From contig JAPKBM010000007.1 of NCBI GenBank assembly GCA_026421205.1, positions 7,723 through 71,722 of the forward strand: 64,000 nt of DNA. The letters are read 5' to 3'. Both the position numbers and the translations under genes were made by a program. Origin of the DNA: Planctomycetota bacterium. Its GTDB lineage: Bacteria > Planctomycetota > UBA1135. Of this stretch, positions 63,172-64,000 are shown in pieces (the first letter of the stretch is position 1; the number at the start of each line of letters is the position of its first letter). The notes under the pieces are model-generated. The model was not told the origin of the DNA. It worked only from the letters and a program-made list of their open reading frames with translations, and ran no database searches.

Positions 63172-64000
63172 ATGATTTTCAGTGCCCTGCTTCTTGGTTT
63201 CATGCCAACGGTTTTCTTTCAGGAACCGGAAGAGACTACGTTAGAGGCAGCGCAAAGAAACGTTGCTGAATTAGAAGCGGAACTTGGGCCGGAGCATTTG
63301 GATTTGGTGGCGCCTCTTAATGCCGTCATGATGATTCATTATGGGCAGGCTCGGTACGGAAAGGCGGAGGACGTGTGCCGTCGGGTTCTGGAGATTAGGG
63401 AAAAAGTCTATGGCCCTGAGCACCCAGAGGTAGCCCAATCCCTCCAGCACCTCGCCGTGCTTCTTGGAACACAGGGCTCCTATGCGAAAGCGCGACCTTT
63501 GTATGAGCGTTCATTGTCGATTCAGGAAAAAGTCCTTGGCCCCGAGCACCCGGATGTGGCTCTTGCTCTCAACAACCTTGCCGGGCTTCTTTATGGCCAA
63601 GGCTCTTATGCCGAAGCCCGCTCTTTGTATGAACGGTCGCTGGCAATTTATGAAAAAATCTATGGCCTCGAGCATTCGCGTGTGGCTCTTGCCCTCAACA
63701 ACCTCGCCGGGCTTCTTGACATGCAAGGCTCCTATGCGGAAGCTCGCCCTTTGTATGAACGGTCGCTGGCGATTTATGAAAAATCTTTAGGCCCCGAGCA
63801 CCCGGATGTGGCCACTTCCCTTAACAACCTTGCCGTTTTTCTTAATGAGATGGGTTCCTATGCCGACGCCCGCCCTTTGTATGAACGTTCGCTAGCAATT
63901 AGGGAAAAATCCTTAGGCTCCGAGCACCCGGATGTGGCCACTTCCCTCAACAACCTCGCGCTGCTTCTTGATGACATGGGCTCCTATGCGGAAGCCCGTC
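63172..64000 (+). CDS. Kinesin-light-chain-type TPR repeat protein (TPR_10/TPR_12-like), 3' end beyond the window
   Basis: My own translation from ATG 63172 gives MIFSALLLGFMPTVFF..., followed by 42-aa units such as SYAEARPLYERSLAIYEKSLGPEHPDVATSLNNLAVFLNEMG. There is no stop before nt 64000. This frame is absent from the supplied ORF track. Confidence 0.8.
   Translation, partial: MIFSALLLGFMPTVFFQEPEETTLEAAQRNVAELEAELGPEHLDLVAPLNAVMMIHYGQARYGKAEDVCRRVLEIREKVYGPEHPEVAQSLQHLAVLLGTQGSYAKARPLYERSLSIQEKVLGPEHPDVALALNNLAGLLYGQGSYAEARSLYERSLAIYEKIYGLEHSRVALALNNLAGLLDMQGSYAEARPLYERSLAIYEKSLGPEHPDVATSLNNLAVFLNEMGSYADARPLYERSLAIREKSLGSEHPDVATSLNNLALLLDDMGSYAEAR
63478..64000 (+). repeat. Coding tandem repeat, period 126 bp (at least 4 units)
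   Basis: Units start at 63478, 63604, 63730, 63856 and 63982, with long identical strings (e.g. cctttgtatgaacggtcgctggc, gagcacccggatgtggc, aacaacct[ct]gcc). Confidence 0.75.

Noticed and set aside
63464-63790. 108-aa ORF from the track, and the possibility that the periodic DNA at 63.4-64.0 kb is a CRISPR array
   Set aside because: The ORF is an out-of-frame reading of the TPR repeats. The periodicity is 126 bp with no unique spacers, and it translates cleanly into 42-aa TPR units, so it is a coding tandem repeat and not a CRISPR array.
1-64000. Search for defence systems, toxin-antitoxin pairs, CRISPR-Cas, prophage or transposon genes
   Set aside because: I recognised no nuclease/helicase/methylase combinations, Cas-like proteins, integrases, transposases, terminal inverted repeats or phage structural genes in any frame. 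The window reads as core chromosome plus exported-protein genes.

Overview
This is a 64-kb chromosomal segment from a diderm, LPS-making bacterium. Hand counts put it at roughly 50-57% GC outside one AT-richer stretch. I could not assign a phylum from sequence alone. The window is very gene-dense: about 62 protein genes and one tRNA-Arg(CCG). I recognised no rRNA, CRISPR array, transposase, integrase, phage genes or known defence system. Many same-strand neighbours overlap by ATGA, GTGA or TTGA, and most convergent pairs share or abut their stop codons.

Most of the content is housekeeping:
- Chromosome maintenance: parB with an internal perfect parS, and scpA.
- Envelope: the minus-strand cluster kdsD-kdsC-(778-aa LptC/LptA-like)-lptD-tatA, plus lepB.
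- Translation and RNA: fmt, rsmB, typA, rnhC, selU.
- Metabolism and transport: moaB, trxA, mgtE, purF, and a split nadE with a separate CN-hydrolase gene.
- Regulation: two ECF sigma/anti-sigma modules.

Accessory-looking content is mostly secreted or envelope proteins:
- a sulfatase and a heparinase II/III-like lipoprotein;
- two tandem paralogous LamG-like proteins;
- a signal-peptide-bearing GlgB-like GH13 enzyme;
- an M14 carboxypeptidase and an S8 protease;
- porin and outer-membrane candidates;
- a TMTC-like membrane/TPR protein.

I did not find an unambiguous new multi-gene system. The best leads, all needing database or structure checks, are:
1. A roughly 100-aa extreme C-terminal module shared by four secreted proteins (the two paralogs, M14 and S8). 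It may be a sorting or anchoring domain.
2. An AT-richer stretch (about 54.1-57.5 kb) encoding an acyltransferase-3 protein with inserted ankyrin repeats and a PDZ plus alpha/alpha-toroid protein.
3. A tightly coupled operon joining the secreted S8 protease to an aldolase/SDR fusion and a split Tm-1-like pair (UPF0261 plus PEP-hydrolase-like TIM barrel).
4. A 778-aa membrane-anchored multi-OstA-like protein in the LptC/LptA position.
5. An HPr-like domain fused to a large unknown N-terminal region.
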